Shown: piece after piece, positions 49,219 through 58,759 of the stretch | Layout of the letters: each line of letters opens with the position of its first letter | Numbering within the stretch: the first letter of the stretch is position 1 | The notes under the pieces: model-generated | Told to the model about the DNA's origin: nothing | Seen by the model: the letters and a program-made list of their open reading frames with translations, nothing else | The model's database searches: none | Translations under genes and position numbers: made by a program | DNA from: Pontiella sp. | Lineage (GTDB): Bacteria; Verrucomicrobiota; Kiritimatiellia; Kiritimatiellales; Pontiellaceae | Length of the DNA: 64,000 bases | Assembly (NCBI GenBank): GCA_050290185.1 | Contig: JBNKHE010000005.1 | Coordinates: forward strand, 128,001-192,000 | Direction: 5' to 3'

Positions 49219-50386
49219 TGCAAAATCCTCCGTCGATGGCGAGTAGCACGGCAAGCAGCTGTGCAAGACCGGTATAGATGGGTTTGATGAGAATCGTTTC
49301 GTTAAGATCGTGCAGATTGCTGGCCTCGGTGATGCCCAGGGTGACTGATGGAAGTCCCCGGCTGATAAGTTCCGAAACCTCGGACATGCTTGGACGTATA
49401 GTGGGTTTGAGCTCCAGCTTTTCCATGATCCGTCGACAGTTCTTCACCAACGGATGGCCAACTTCGATACCGCCTGGTTCACGACTGGAAACCACGGTAA
49501 ATTCAAAATCAGCCTTATGCGACGCTGTGGCATGGGCAATGATATCGTCGATCCGTTCGCGGATCGATTCCACCAGCTCGGCACTTTCGCTACGCACTTC
49601 GAAGCGCAGGCTCGACTGCGTGGCCATGATGTTATAGCTCTTTCCTCCTCGGATGGCACCAAGCACAATCGTGGTTCGGGGGCGGCGCGGTATCGGTATT
49701 TCCAGTATGCGGTTAATAATATCATTCAATGCAATGATGGCACTGTTTTGGCCCGCCTTTTTCCAATCCAGCTCCTCGGGTAGTTTACAGGTAATGACAC
49801 CGCGGAACATCCCTTCGGCGCTGTAGCTGAGTCGGCCGATCTGCGCCCCCTCGACACAGATGCCGGCATCAAAGGGGATGCTGTTGTTTTCCATAAAAAA
49901 ACGGAGCCCGTCTAGATTGCCGCTGCCCAATCCCTTGGTGCTGCTCAACAACACGAGGTTTGCATTCAGCTGTATATCCAGCAACTCGAAGATACTGGGC
50001 AACGTGGCAAGAACGGCCATGCCCAGGCTGTTGTCGGCTACGCCGGGGCCGATAATTTCATCCGAGCGCACCGAGAGGGTGTGATCGGCCTTTTCCGTGT
50101 AGACCGAATCCGCATGCGCCACCAGCAGAATGTTGCGATCAGGATCCGTACCGCGAATAATGCCGACTCCATTCCCTTCTTCGTCGGAGGAAACGTTTTC
50201 AAGTCCGCATTCGACCATGCGTTGTAAAAGCAGTTTCACGCGGGCTTCTTCTTCAAAGGTCGGGGAGGGGATTTCGCTGAGCATGATCAGGTTGGCGATC
50301 AAAGTTTCCTGGATGCCTTCAAGTTGGTGAGGCAACTCAGGAACCCATGCCATGAGGTCATCGATGTCCTTGAATTTTGTTTTCAT
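49205..50386 (-). CDS. M20-family peptidase homolog with degenerate active site
   Basis: PSPTFEE, AHADSV, GPGVADN, dimerisation domain, C-terminal H..NE; the catalytic EE position reads TK. Confidence 0.7.
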   Translation of the reverse strand: MKTKFKDIDDLMAWVPELPHQLEGIQETLIANLIMLSEIPSPTFEEEARVKLLLQRMVECGLENVSSDEEGNGVGIIRGTDPDRNILLVAHADSVYTEKADHTLSVRSDEIIGPGVADNSLGMAVLATLPSIFELLDIQLNANLVLLSSTKGLGSGNLDGLRFFMENNSIPFDAGICVEGAQIGRLSYSAEGMFRGVITCKLPEELDWKKAGQNSAIIALNDIINRILEIPIPRRPRTTIVLGAIRGGKSYNIMATQSSLRFEVRSESAELVESIRERIDDIIAHATASHKADFEFTVVSSREPGGIEVGHPLVKNCRRIMEKLELKPTIRPSMSEVSELISRGLPSVTLGITEASNLHDLNETILIKPIYTGLAQLLAVLLAIDGGFCNEPE

Positions 50387-50544
50387 ATAAATCCTTGGTT
50401 GATGCTGCTACGCCTAAACATTAGCAGAGCACTGAAATATGGCAAAGGGACATGATGTTAATCTTCGATTATGTATTGCTCTGCAAAAAGGCTTCACATG
50501 AACCATGGGGCGGCTATGCTTCCTTCTAGAACGAAAAGGTGGCC

Positions 50545-51807
50545 ATGAGCGAAAATATCGGATTTGTTTCAACGCGATTTGCAGGCACCGACGGCGTTTC
50601 GCTCGAGAGCGCGAAATGGGCCAAGGTTCTGTGGGATTTTGAACACCACAGCTTCTGGTATGCCGGCCGGCTGGACCGGGCATCAGAAGTGAGCTATTGC
50701 ATTCCAGAAGCCCACTTCGAGCATCCGGAAAATGTGTGGCTCAATGAGCGGATCTGGGGAAAATCCTGTCGCGATCCGATTGTCAGCCGGCGCATCCGGG
50801 ACATGGCCGAGTATCTGAAAACAACGCTCTATGAATTCGTCAAACGGTTCGACCTGCAGATTCTAGTCTTTCAGAACGCGCTCACCATTCCTATGCATGT
50901 TCCACTGGGTGTGGCCATCACCGAATTTCTGGCGGAAACACGCCTGCCTGCAATCGCACACCATCACGACTTTTACTGGGAGCGCGTACGCTTTTCCGTC
51001 AATGCCGTACCGGATTATCTCGATCTTGCGTTCCCTGCGCGCGACGACATGCTTCAGCACGTGGTCATCAACCAGGCCGCCCGGGAAGAGTTGTCGTGGC
51101 GAAAGGGACTGTCTTCGGAGCTGATTCCCAACGTCTTTGATTTCGAGATGCCCGCCCCCCAGCCGGACAACTACACGAAGAACCTGCGGGAAGATCTCGG
51201 TTTTGCGGAAGACGACATCCTGATTCTTCAGCCCACGCGCATCGTACCCCGCAAGGGCATCGAGCATTCCATCAAGCTGGTAGAATCGCTGAACGATCCG
51301 CGGGTCAAACTGGTGATATCACACTCTGCGGGCGACGAAGGGTATGAATACCAGTACATGCTGCAGGAACTGGCACACGATTCCGGGGTTGACCTGCGGC
51401 TCATCGACGACCGCATCGGCGAACTGCGCCAGATGAATTCGCTTGGACAGAAGATGTATACGCTTTGGGATCTATATCCGTTCGTGGATTTCGTCACCTA
51501 TCCGAGCCTGTATGAAGGATTCGGCAATGCCTTTCTGGAAGCGATCTATTTCAAGTTGCCGATCCTGATCAACCGCTACTCCATTTTCGCGCGAGACATC
51601 GAACCCAAGGGATTTCGCGTCCCCCTCATGGACGGCTACCTGACCAAACAAGTGATCGATGATGTCCGGCGTCTGCTGCAAGACGAAAACTATCGACGCG
51701 CCACCGTAGAACACAACTACGTCGTGGCCACCCGTTTCTATAGCTATGCCGTATTACGTCGCAGCCTGCGCACACTCATCACCAATATACGGGGACTGGA
51801 ATCATGA
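50545..51807 (+). CDS. GT4 glycosyltransferase, mannosylglucosylglycerate(-phosphate) synthase MggS/MggB-like
   Basis: DGVSLE..KW, HHHDFYWER, HVVIN, LQPTRIVPRK and VTYPSLYEGFGN motifs; clustered with gpgS. Confidence 0.75.
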   Translation: MSENIGFVSTRFAGTDGVSLESAKWAKVLWDFEHHSFWYAGRLDRASEVSYCIPEAHFEHPENVWLNERIWGKSCRDPIVSRRIRDMAEYLKTTLYEFVKRFDLQILVFQNALTIPMHVPLGVAITEFLAETRLPAIAHHHDFYWERVRFSVNAVPDYLDLAFPARDDMLQHVVINQAAREELSWRKGLSSELIPNVFDFEMPAPQPDNYTKNLREDLGFAEDDILILQPTRIVPRKGIEHSIKLVESLNDPRVKLVISHSAGDEGYEYQYMLQELAHDSGVDLRLIDDRIGELRQMNSLGQKMYTLWDLYPFVDFVTYPSLYEGFGNAFLEAIYFKLPILINRYSIFARDIEPKGFRVPLMDGYLTKQVIDDVRRLLQDENYRRATVEHNYVVATRFYSYAVLRRSLRTLITNIRGLES

Positions 51808-53537
51808 TCAAAAACCTGGATATTCACGTGTTGGAACGCATGCGCACGCGCTTTAACCGGTTGTATGGCCCAAACGAAGTGGAGCACCTGCTCGAACGCA
51901 TGGTGGCCTTGATCGGACGTTATGGAATCGGGCTGGAAGGGTACAGCTCAGATGAGCTTTGGAACGAAAAAACGGCAGTTCTGATCACCTACGGCGACAT
52001 GGTGCAGAATGAGGGTGAACCGCCCTTGCAAGTGCTGAAGCGGTTTGTAGACCGGCATTTGGCCGGTTCCATCAACACCATTCATATCCTGCCGTTTTAT
52101 CCATACTCGTCGGATGACGGGTTTTCGGTGATCGATTATCGGGTCGTTGATCCAGCGCTGGGCGTTTGGAAAGATGTGCAGGAAACCGGACGGGAGTTTC
52201 GCTTGATGTTCGATCTGGTGCTCAACCATTGCTCGCGGAAGAGCAAATGGTTTGTCGACTACATCGGGAATATCGCGCCATACCGGGATTATTTTATCGA
52301 AGCCGATCCGAAGACCGACTTGTCCGCGGTAGCGCGGCCACGCGCGCTCCCGTTGCTGACACCGGTCCACACCCGGCACGGAGACACCCACATATGGACG
52401 ACCTTCAGCGACGACCAGATGGATCTCGATTTTTCCAACCCGGATGTCCTCTTCGATTTTCTCGATATCCTCCTGTTCTATATCTCAAAGGGCGCCACCA
52501 TCATCCGCCTGGATGCCATTGCCTATCTTTGGAAGCAGGTCGGGACGAGCTGCATTCATCTCGAACAGACACACGAAGTGGTCAAGATGATGCACGACCT
52601 GCTCGATATGGTTGCGCCGGAAGTCGTGCTGCTCACGGAAACGAATGTCCCTCATGAGGAAAACATTTCCTATTTCGGTTCAGGCGACGAGGCGCACATG
52701 GTTTATCAATTCAGCCTGCCTCCGCTTCTGCTGCATGGCCTGATCAACAATAATGCATCCTATCTCACCCATTGGGCCGCTTCACTAGGCAAACTTCCGA
52801 AGCACTGCACCTTTTTTAATTTCACGGCGTCGCATGATGGCATCGGGGTGCGACCTCTGCAGGGAATCATCCCCGATGATGCACTGGGAAAACTGGCTGA
52901 TCACGTTCGCTCGCTCGGTGGACACGTGTCAACGAAGTCCAACAGCGATGGCACCGAAAGCCCCTATGAGCTGAATATTACCTATTTCGATGCGCTGGGC
53001 GACGGTTCCGAATCCGTGACGGATCTGCACATAGCCCGCTTCCTCTGCTCGCAAACCGTGGCGATGGAGCTGCGCGGCGTGCCGGCTCTATATTTCCACA
53101 GCCTCACGGCAACGCGCAACTACGCGGAAGGGGTGGAAGAAACGGGCAGGGCACGTACCATCAATCGCCGCAAATGGAACGAAGAGGAACTCAATGCTTT
53201 ATTGAGCGATCCAAAGTCGTCGGCCGCCCGCGTGCTGAAAATCTGCAAGCAACGGCTTCAACTGCGCTCCCAGCACAAGGAATTCCATCCGGATGCTGAC
53301 CAGGAGATTATCGACCTCGGATCAGACTGGTTTATCGTGGTGCGAAAATGGAAAAACAAACTGGTAGTCTGTATCAGCAACTTCACTGCTGAATACCGGG
53401 AGTTGAAAATTGATGACCGGCTCGATCTTCTGAATCGTGCCGATGCGTGCTCGGATATACTAACGGGAAACCGCTATATGGGTGAGGGGAAAGTCATTGC
53501 CTTCGACCCCTACCAGACCGTCTGGCTGCAGTTTTGA
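51804..53537 (+). CDS. GH13_18 sugar phosphorylase (glucosylglycerate phosphorylase-like)
   Basis: LITYGD, HILPFYP, SSDDGF, RLDAIAYLWK, TETNVPH, ASHDGIG and YELNITY motifs. Confidence 0.85.
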   Translation: MIKNLDIHVLERMRTRFNRLYGPNEVEHLLERMVALIGRYGIGLEGYSSDELWNEKTAVLITYGDMVQNEGEPPLQVLKRFVDRHLAGSINTIHILPFYPYSSDDGFSVIDYRVVDPALGVWKDVQETGREFRLMFDLVLNHCSRKSKWFVDYIGNIAPYRDYFIEADPKTDLSAVARPRALPLLTPVHTRHGDTHIWTTFSDDQMDLDFSNPDVLFDFLDILLFYISKGATIIRLDAIAYLWKQVGTSCIHLEQTHEVVKMMHDLLDMVAPEVVLLTETNVPHEENISYFGSGDEAHMVYQFSLPPLLLHGLINNNASYLTHWAASLGKLPKHCTFFNFTASHDGIGVRPLQGIIPDDALGKLADHVRSLGGHVSTKSNSDGTESPYELNITYFDALGDGSESVTDLHIARFLCSQTVAMELRGVPALYFHSLTATRNYAEGVEETGRARTINRRKWNEEELNALLSDPKSSAARVLKICKQRLQLRSQHKEFHPDADQEIIDLGSDWFIVVRKWKNKLVVCISNFTAEYRELKIDDRLDLLNRADACSDILTGNRYMGEGKVIAFDPYQTVWLQF

Positions 53538-53630
53538 GCCCCGATCCGTAAATTTGCTCCGTAAAAAGTTCCAGCCCATCATTTTTTTCTGCTAGATTTA
53601 CAGCCTTTCGAACGCAGAAAGGATTTTGTA

Positions 53631-54323
53631 ATGAACAAGGCGGAATTGATCGTGGCGCTGGATGTGCCGAATACGGAAGCTATGGAGCAAAAACTCCAGC
53701 AAATGCCTGATTTTATTGAATGGTACAAGGTGGGATTGGAGCTGTTTTGCGCGGAAGGGCCGGCGGTGCTCGAACCGCTTAAAAAGCGCAACAAGAAGAT
53801 TTTCCTCGACCTCAAGCTGCACGACATTCCGCGTACCGTTGGCAATGCCGTGAAAACCGCTGCCGAACACGGCGTCAACCTGATGACCGTCCACGCCATT
53901 GGCGGGCGCGCCATGCTCGAAGAAGCCGCCAAAGCGGCCACCGAATGTGCAAATCCGCCGAAGCTGGTCGCCGTTACAACACTGACCAGCCTAAGCCAGG
54001 ACGATTTCAAGGATCTCGGAATTCAACGAACCGTTTCGGAGCAGGCGCTGGAACTGGGACGGCTGGCCATTTCATCGGGCATTGACGGCATGGTTACCAG
54101 TGCACACGAGGCGAAAGTACTTCGCGATGCCTTCCCGGATGCTATTCTTGTTACGCCGGGCATTCGCATGCCGGAAGGTGACATTGGCGACCAGAAACGT
54201 GTGGCATCACCGTCTTATGCCGTGGAGCAGGGCGCGACGCACCTGGTAATAGGACGCCCGATCATGCAAGCCGATGATCCGGCCGCAGCCGCGACAGCAA
54301 TGCTGAACGATATGAACAAATAG
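53631..54323 (+). CDS. pyrF: Orotidine-5'-phosphate decarboxylase
   Basis: ALD, KVG, DLKLHDIPRT, TPGIR, DQKRV and GRPI motifs. Confidence 0.96.
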   Translation: MNKAELIVALDVPNTEAMEQKLQQMPDFIEWYKVGLELFCAEGPAVLEPLKKRNKKIFLDLKLHDIPRTVGNAVKTAAEHGVNLMTVHAIGGRAMLEEAAKAATECANPPKLVAVTTLTSLSQDDFKDLGIQRTVSEQALELGRLAISSGIDGMVTSAHEAKVLRDAFPDAILVTPGIRMPEGDIGDQKRVASPSYAVEQGATHLVIGRPIMQADDPAAAATAMLNDMNK

Positions 54324-54423
54324 AATTTAGATTTTTGAATGCCGAATTGTGGGTCTGCGACCGCTTTGCTTTACGGACATGGCCAGAACCCATCCACAAA
54401 TCAAAATTCGAAAATCGAAAATA
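54321..54423. repeat. Heptamer-period inverted repeat
   Basis: TAGAATT TAGATTT TTGAATG CCGAATT ... CAAAATT CGAAAAT CGAAAAT. Confidence 0.65.
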
Positions 54424-54436
54424 AGGAAAATACATC

Positions 54437-55234
54437 ATGAGCAAACCGAAGGTTTTGATTATTACGGGATATGGGGTGAACTGCGAGGCAGAGTCGGCCC
54501 ATGCGTGGAAGCGGGCCGGTGCCAAGCCCAAACTGGTGCACCTTAACGATCTGCTGGATAATCCGTCACAGCTCGAAGAATTTCAGGCCATGATGTTTAT
54601 CGGCGGATTTTCCTATGGCGATCATATGACCAGCGGCCATGTTTTTGCCATGCGCGTGAAACATCACATGCAGTCCGAGCTGCAAAAGTTCATCGATGAC
54701 GGCAAGCTCATCATGGGCATTTGCAATGGCTTCCAGGTGATGACCAAGATGGGCCTTTTGCCCGGTCTCAACAGCAACTATTTCGAGCCAACGGTTTCGT
54801 TGATGCAGAACGACTGCGGCACCTTCCAGAACTTCTGGGTGGATATCCGCTTCGAGGATAGCTCACCTTGCGTATTTACCAAGGAAATCGGCACCCTTCC
54901 GCTTCCAATCCGGCACGGTGAAGGCAAGATCTTCACCCTCGACAACGAACTGCTCGAACGCATTGAAGCGGAAGGCTGTGTGGCCGCTCGGTATGTCGAC
55001 AAGAGTAATAACCCCACGCAGGACTTTCCGGCCAATCCAAACGGCTCGCTCAACGCCATTGCCGGGCTGTGTGACCCGACTGGACGCATATTCGGCATGA
55101 TGCCGCATCCGGAAGCCTACCTCTTCCCCGAAAACCATCCCAGCTGGGACAAACAAAAGCTGGATGGCACGCTTCCTGAACAGGGCCTCGGCTTGAAGCT
55201 GTTTAAAAACGCGGTGCATCACATCACCGGATAA
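54437..55234 (+). CDS. purQ: FGAM synthase glutaminase subunit
   Basis: GVNCE, GGFSYGD, GICNGFQ, HGEG, NPNGS and MMPHPE motifs. Confidence 0.93.
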   Translation: MSKPKVLIITGYGVNCEAESAHAWKRAGAKPKLVHLNDLLDNPSQLEEFQAMMFIGGFSYGDHMTSGHVFAMRVKHHMQSELQKFIDDGKLIMGICNGFQVMTKMGLLPGLNSNYFEPTVSLMQNDCGTFQNFWVDIRFEDSSPCVFTKEIGTLPLPIRHGEGKIFTLDNELLERIEAEGCVAARYVDKSNNPTQDFPANPNGSLNAIAGLCDPTGRIFGMMPHPEAYLFPENHPSWDKQKLDGTLPEQGLGLKLFKNAVHHITG

Positions 55235-55241
55235 GCAGGTC

Positions 55242-55445
55242 TTAGTCTGGAGCTGCTTTTTTAAGGACCGAAGAGCTATCTTCCGTCTTCTTCGGAACAG
55301 AACTATCACCGCGACGTTCGACAATGTGATGTTCGGGCGTTTGGTGATGAGGTGTATGAATCGACAAATGTTCCTCGTTCCGATCCCATGCCTTCGGCCC
55401 CATGCCGCTCATGCTTGACCATTTAATATCGATTCGTTTTTTCAT
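55242..55445 (-). CDS. Small hypothetical protein (67 aa)
   Basis: GGGAGGG RBS before ATG; reads MKKRIDIKWSS...; no recognised family. Confidence 0.4.
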   Translation of the reverse strand: MKKRIDIKWSSMSGMGPKAWDRNEEHLSIHTPHHQTPEHHIVERRGDSSVPKKTEDSSSVLKKAAPD

Positions 55446-55612
55446 CGAACCCTCCCTTATACAGCCCAAAACGCTGATTTGATTGGGCAGTAGACTCCAT
55501 TGCTTAATCACCATGAATTTGATGAGAAATCCACTGACCTCCTCCATTACAGTAAGACACACGCATCGTGGAAACCGTGCAAAAATACATCGCGTTTTTT
55601 GCTTTAGTCCAC

Positions 55613-56581
55613 TCAAGGAATGGTGGTGCGCAGGATCGTGGCATTTCCGGAAAGGGTGTAGGCCGGCAGGGCGGAAGGAACGAGAATCGAGGTACCTGCC
55701 GTAGCACAAAGGCTCTCTTCCTCCCAGCCGATGACCACGTCTCCTTCGGACACGAACAGGGCGTGGAAGGTGCTGCCATCCAGCGGGACTTCCAGCGGTG
55801 CGGTGAAGACCAGTTTTTCCAGTCTGAAATATTCACACTTCAGAACGTCCCAGCACTTGAAAGTGCCCGTATCAACAAGGATCTTGGGTTCGACAAGTGG
55901 GTTGGCGCTGTCATCCCAGTTGATGACGTCGATGGCTTTTTCGATATGCAGCTCACGGGGCTTGCCGTCGTTACCCATACGGCCCCAGTCGTAGATGCGG
56001 TAGGTGGTGTTGGAATTCTGCTGGATTTCCAAAATCAGACATCCGTCATCGATAGCATGCACGCGTCCGCCACGTACAAAAACCGCGTCGCCTTTGGAGA
56101 CGGGTACGGGGCGCATGGTTTCGCCGCTGGTTCCATCGGCCACCGCCTGCAGGAAACTTTCTTTGGTGACACCTTCATTCAGACCGCAATAGACCTGCGT
56201 ATCATTTTTACCAAGCATATACCACATTTCCGTCTTGGCTTCTCCGCCGAACCTGACGGCGGTTTCGTCATTGGGATGAACCTGGACGCTGAGCTTTTGC
56301 TTGGCATCGATCAGCTTAATCAACAAGGGGAACTTGGATCCCTGCACCTTGCTCCCCATGATCTCTTGAGCATTGTTTTGCAGGATTTCCCGGAGGGCTT
56401 TTCCGGCTAACGGGCCATTGGCGATGATGCTCATGCCGTCATCGTGGTCGGCAATCTCCCAGGATTCAGCGTAGATACCGGGAGGTACATCACGGTTGAA
56501 GGTTTCAGGAATGCGGGATCCGCCCCAGGGATAATCCTTGTAGACGGGTTTGAAGGTCATGGGATAACATGGTGTTTTCAT
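55613..56581 (-). CDS. manA: Class I mannose-6-phosphate isomerase
   Basis: WGG, AESWE, PLLIKLIDA, LSVQVHP, KTEMWY, HAI and EIQQNS.TTYR motifs. Confidence 0.9.
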   Translation of the reverse strand: MKTPCYPMTFKPVYKDYPWGGSRIPETFNRDVPPGIYAESWEIADHDDGMSIIANGPLAGKALREILQNNAQEIMGSKVQGSKFPLLIKLIDAKQKLSVQVHPNDETAVRFGGEAKTEMWYMLGKNDTQVYCGLNEGVTKESFLQAVADGTSGETMRPVPVSKGDAVFVRGGRVHAIDDGCLILEIQQNSNTTYRIYDWGRMGNDGKPRELHIEKAIDVINWDDSANPLVEPKILVDTGTFKCWDVLKCEYFRLEKLVFTAPLEVPLDGSTFHALFVSEGDVVIGWEEESLCATAGTSILVPSALPAYTLSGNATILRTTIP

Positions 56582-56641
56582 GCGCGAATTAAAGGGATGA
56601 ATGGGTTGTGAATCAACCCTTCTTTGTGGCTCAATGAGCCC

Positions 56642-57025
56642 ATGGAAGACCCGCGGAACAGCAAGCGCAACGATGCGAGATGGTATATCGACAAGATTCG
56701 ATACCATCTTGCCAAGCCCGTTGCTCCCAATCGCGAAATCCGTCGCATCGACAGCGTTCTCAAGGATGTGCTGGACGGTCTTGAAGAGCCCCCCTGTGAA
56801 AACATACTAGTCCTGCGGAATGCGTGGCCGGAACTGGTGGGCAAACAAATCGCGAAGCACAGCCAACCTGTCTCATTGGAATACAATACGTTGCGAATCA
56901 GCGTAGATCATCCTGGGTGGCTTCCCGAGCTGGAGCGGTCAAAACGAATCCTGTTGCAGAAGTTGCAGGCGCAATACCCAGATCTGCGTATCCGGAAACT
57001 GTATCTGAAACTCATCCATCGATAG
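56642..57025 (+). CDS. DUF721/DciA family protein
   Basis: W.ELVG.QIA.HSQP..L....L.I.V..PGW..EL motif. Confidence 0.75.
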   Translation: MEDPRNSKRNDARWYIDKIRYHLAKPVAPNREIRRIDSVLKDVLDGLEEPPCENILVLRNAWPELVGKQIAKHSQPVSLEYNTLRISVDHPGWLPELERSKRILLQKLQAQYPDLRIRKLYLKLIHR

Positions 57026-57052
57026 GTGGAGGGTCGGGCAATGCCGTACCGG

Positions 57053-58384
57053 CTACAGCAGGCTGCCCGCCAGATCGGCCAGTTCCGAACGTTCCCCCTT
57101 GGTCAAGTTGATATGGGCATACAGCCGTTGTCCCTTCATGCGTTCGATGAGGTAGCTGAGCCCGGTTGAATGACTGTCCAGATAGGGATGGTCGATCTGG
57201 AAGATGTCACCGGTAAAAACGATTTTGGTTCCTTCGCCGGCCCGGGTAATGATCGTCTTGACTTCATGCGGCGTCAGGTTCTGGGCTTCGTCGACAATGA
57301 AAAACGTGTTTACGAGGCTTCGTCCGCGAATGTAGGAAAGCGGTTCGATAACGAGCTTCTTCTCTTCCAGCAGCTTGCCCATCTGGCTTCGCTTGGAGTC
57401 ACCTTGCCCCTGCGCATGTTCGATCACCCCCAGATTGTCGAAGAGCGGTTTCATGTAGGGATCCAGTTTGGATTGGATGTCGCCAGGAAGGAAGCCGATG
57501 TCCTTGTTGCTCAGCGCAACAATGGGACGTGCCATCAGGATTTGGCGGTAGCTCTTCTTGCGCTTCAGCGCACCGGCGAGGGCGAGTAACGTTTTTCCGG
57601 TGCCCGCCTTGCCGGTCAGGCTCACCAACCGGATCTTATCGTCAAGCACGGCGTCAAGCGCAAAGGTCTGCTCCGCGTTGCGCGGCGTGATGCCGTAGGC
57701 TGGAACCTTGTCGACATGCTTTATCAGGTTCAGTTCGTCATCATACACCGCCAATGCCGACTTATGCTCGCCTCGGAGAATAAGGTATTCGTTCGGGATC
57801 AGCGGAAAATCGACATCGAGCTCTCTGGCGTCGAATTCGTATGGCGGCGTATACATCAATGAGATCAATTCCGGAGACACATTTTCTTTAATTCGGGTTC
57901 CGGTGTAGAGTTGCTGAACATCCTGCACATGATCGTTCTTGTAGTCCTGTGCGAGCAAGCCCACGGCTTTGGCTTTCATCCGGAGGTTAACATCTTTGGT
58001 TACCAGGCAGACGATACGGTCCGGATTGTCATGCGCGACCTGATAGCCAATGTTGAGAATATGATGATCCGGTTTCTGTTGTGAAAAGTTTGCCGCAATG
58101 CTGGCGTCGAACTCCCGCTCCAGCTTAATGCTGATTTTTCCACGACCGGATCCGATGGGAACCCCCCCGTTGAACAGTTTGTCCCCGCTGAGGATATCGA
58201 GTCTTCGGGCAAACTCGCGGGCGTGAAAATTCAGGGAGTCGTTACCTTTTTTGAAATTATCAAGTTCTTCGAGAACGGTAATAGGGATCACTATGTCGTG
58301 TTCGCCAAATTGATTAATACAACTGCTGTCGTGGAGGATTACGTTGGTATCTAGGACGAATATTTTGCTTTGGCTTGTGGTCAT
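57053..58384 (-). CDS. PIN-PhoH (PhoH2/YlaK-like) protein
   Basis: N-terminal PIN VLDTNV...EELD..K; GKAGTGKT, GFLPG, RGRS, DEAQN, GD..QID and ERSELA motifs. Confidence 0.92.
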   Translation of the reverse strand: MTTSQSKIFVLDTNVILHDSSCINQFGEHDIVIPITVLEELDNFKKGNDSLNFHAREFARRLDILSGDKLFNGGVPIGSGRGKISIKLEREFDASIAANFSQQKPDHHILNIGYQVAHDNPDRIVCLVTKDVNLRMKAKAVGLLAQDYKNDHVQDVQQLYTGTRIKENVSPELISLMYTPPYEFDARELDVDFPLIPNEYLILRGEHKSALAVYDDELNLIKHVDKVPAYGITPRNAEQTFALDAVLDDKIRLVSLTGKAGTGKTLLALAGALKRKKSYRQILMARPIVALSNKDIGFLPGDIQSKLDPYMKPLFDNLGVIEHAQGQGDSKRSQMGKLLEEKKLVIEPLSYIRGRSLVNTFFIVDEAQNLTPHEVKTIITRAGEGTKIVFTGDIFQIDHPYLDSHSTGLSYLIERMKGQRLYAHINLTKGERSELADLAGSLL

Positions 58385-58759
58385 GGAGAGAAAGACCCTT
58401 TCATGTTTTATTACTTACAATATTTGTGTCCCGGTGTAGCGCGATAAGACAAACCTCCTTTCATTTTTCTTAATACGAATGCTCACGATCTACCAAGTAC
58501 AACACGCTTATACAACGAAGCAATTTTGCTGGAACCCGCCGGCATGGTCAATGGGTAAATTGTGCAACAAGCTGCATCGATGCACAAAATGTTGTGGTTG
58601 AGACGCCTGTGTTTCAAAATATTTTGCTTCCCGCGCGTCTACCATCCAGTGCACCGGATTGCCTAAACTCGTATCTGCCAAACATTGACGGGATCTTTCG
58701 AATGTTGTAATTTCCTGTTAGTCAGGAAGTTGGTTAAGATTGAAGGCTTGGAGGGGATT

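Noticed and set aside
57053..58384. Toxin-antitoxin system from the PIN domain
   Set aside because: This is the common PIN-PhoH fusion, and no supported antitoxin ORF lies upstream.
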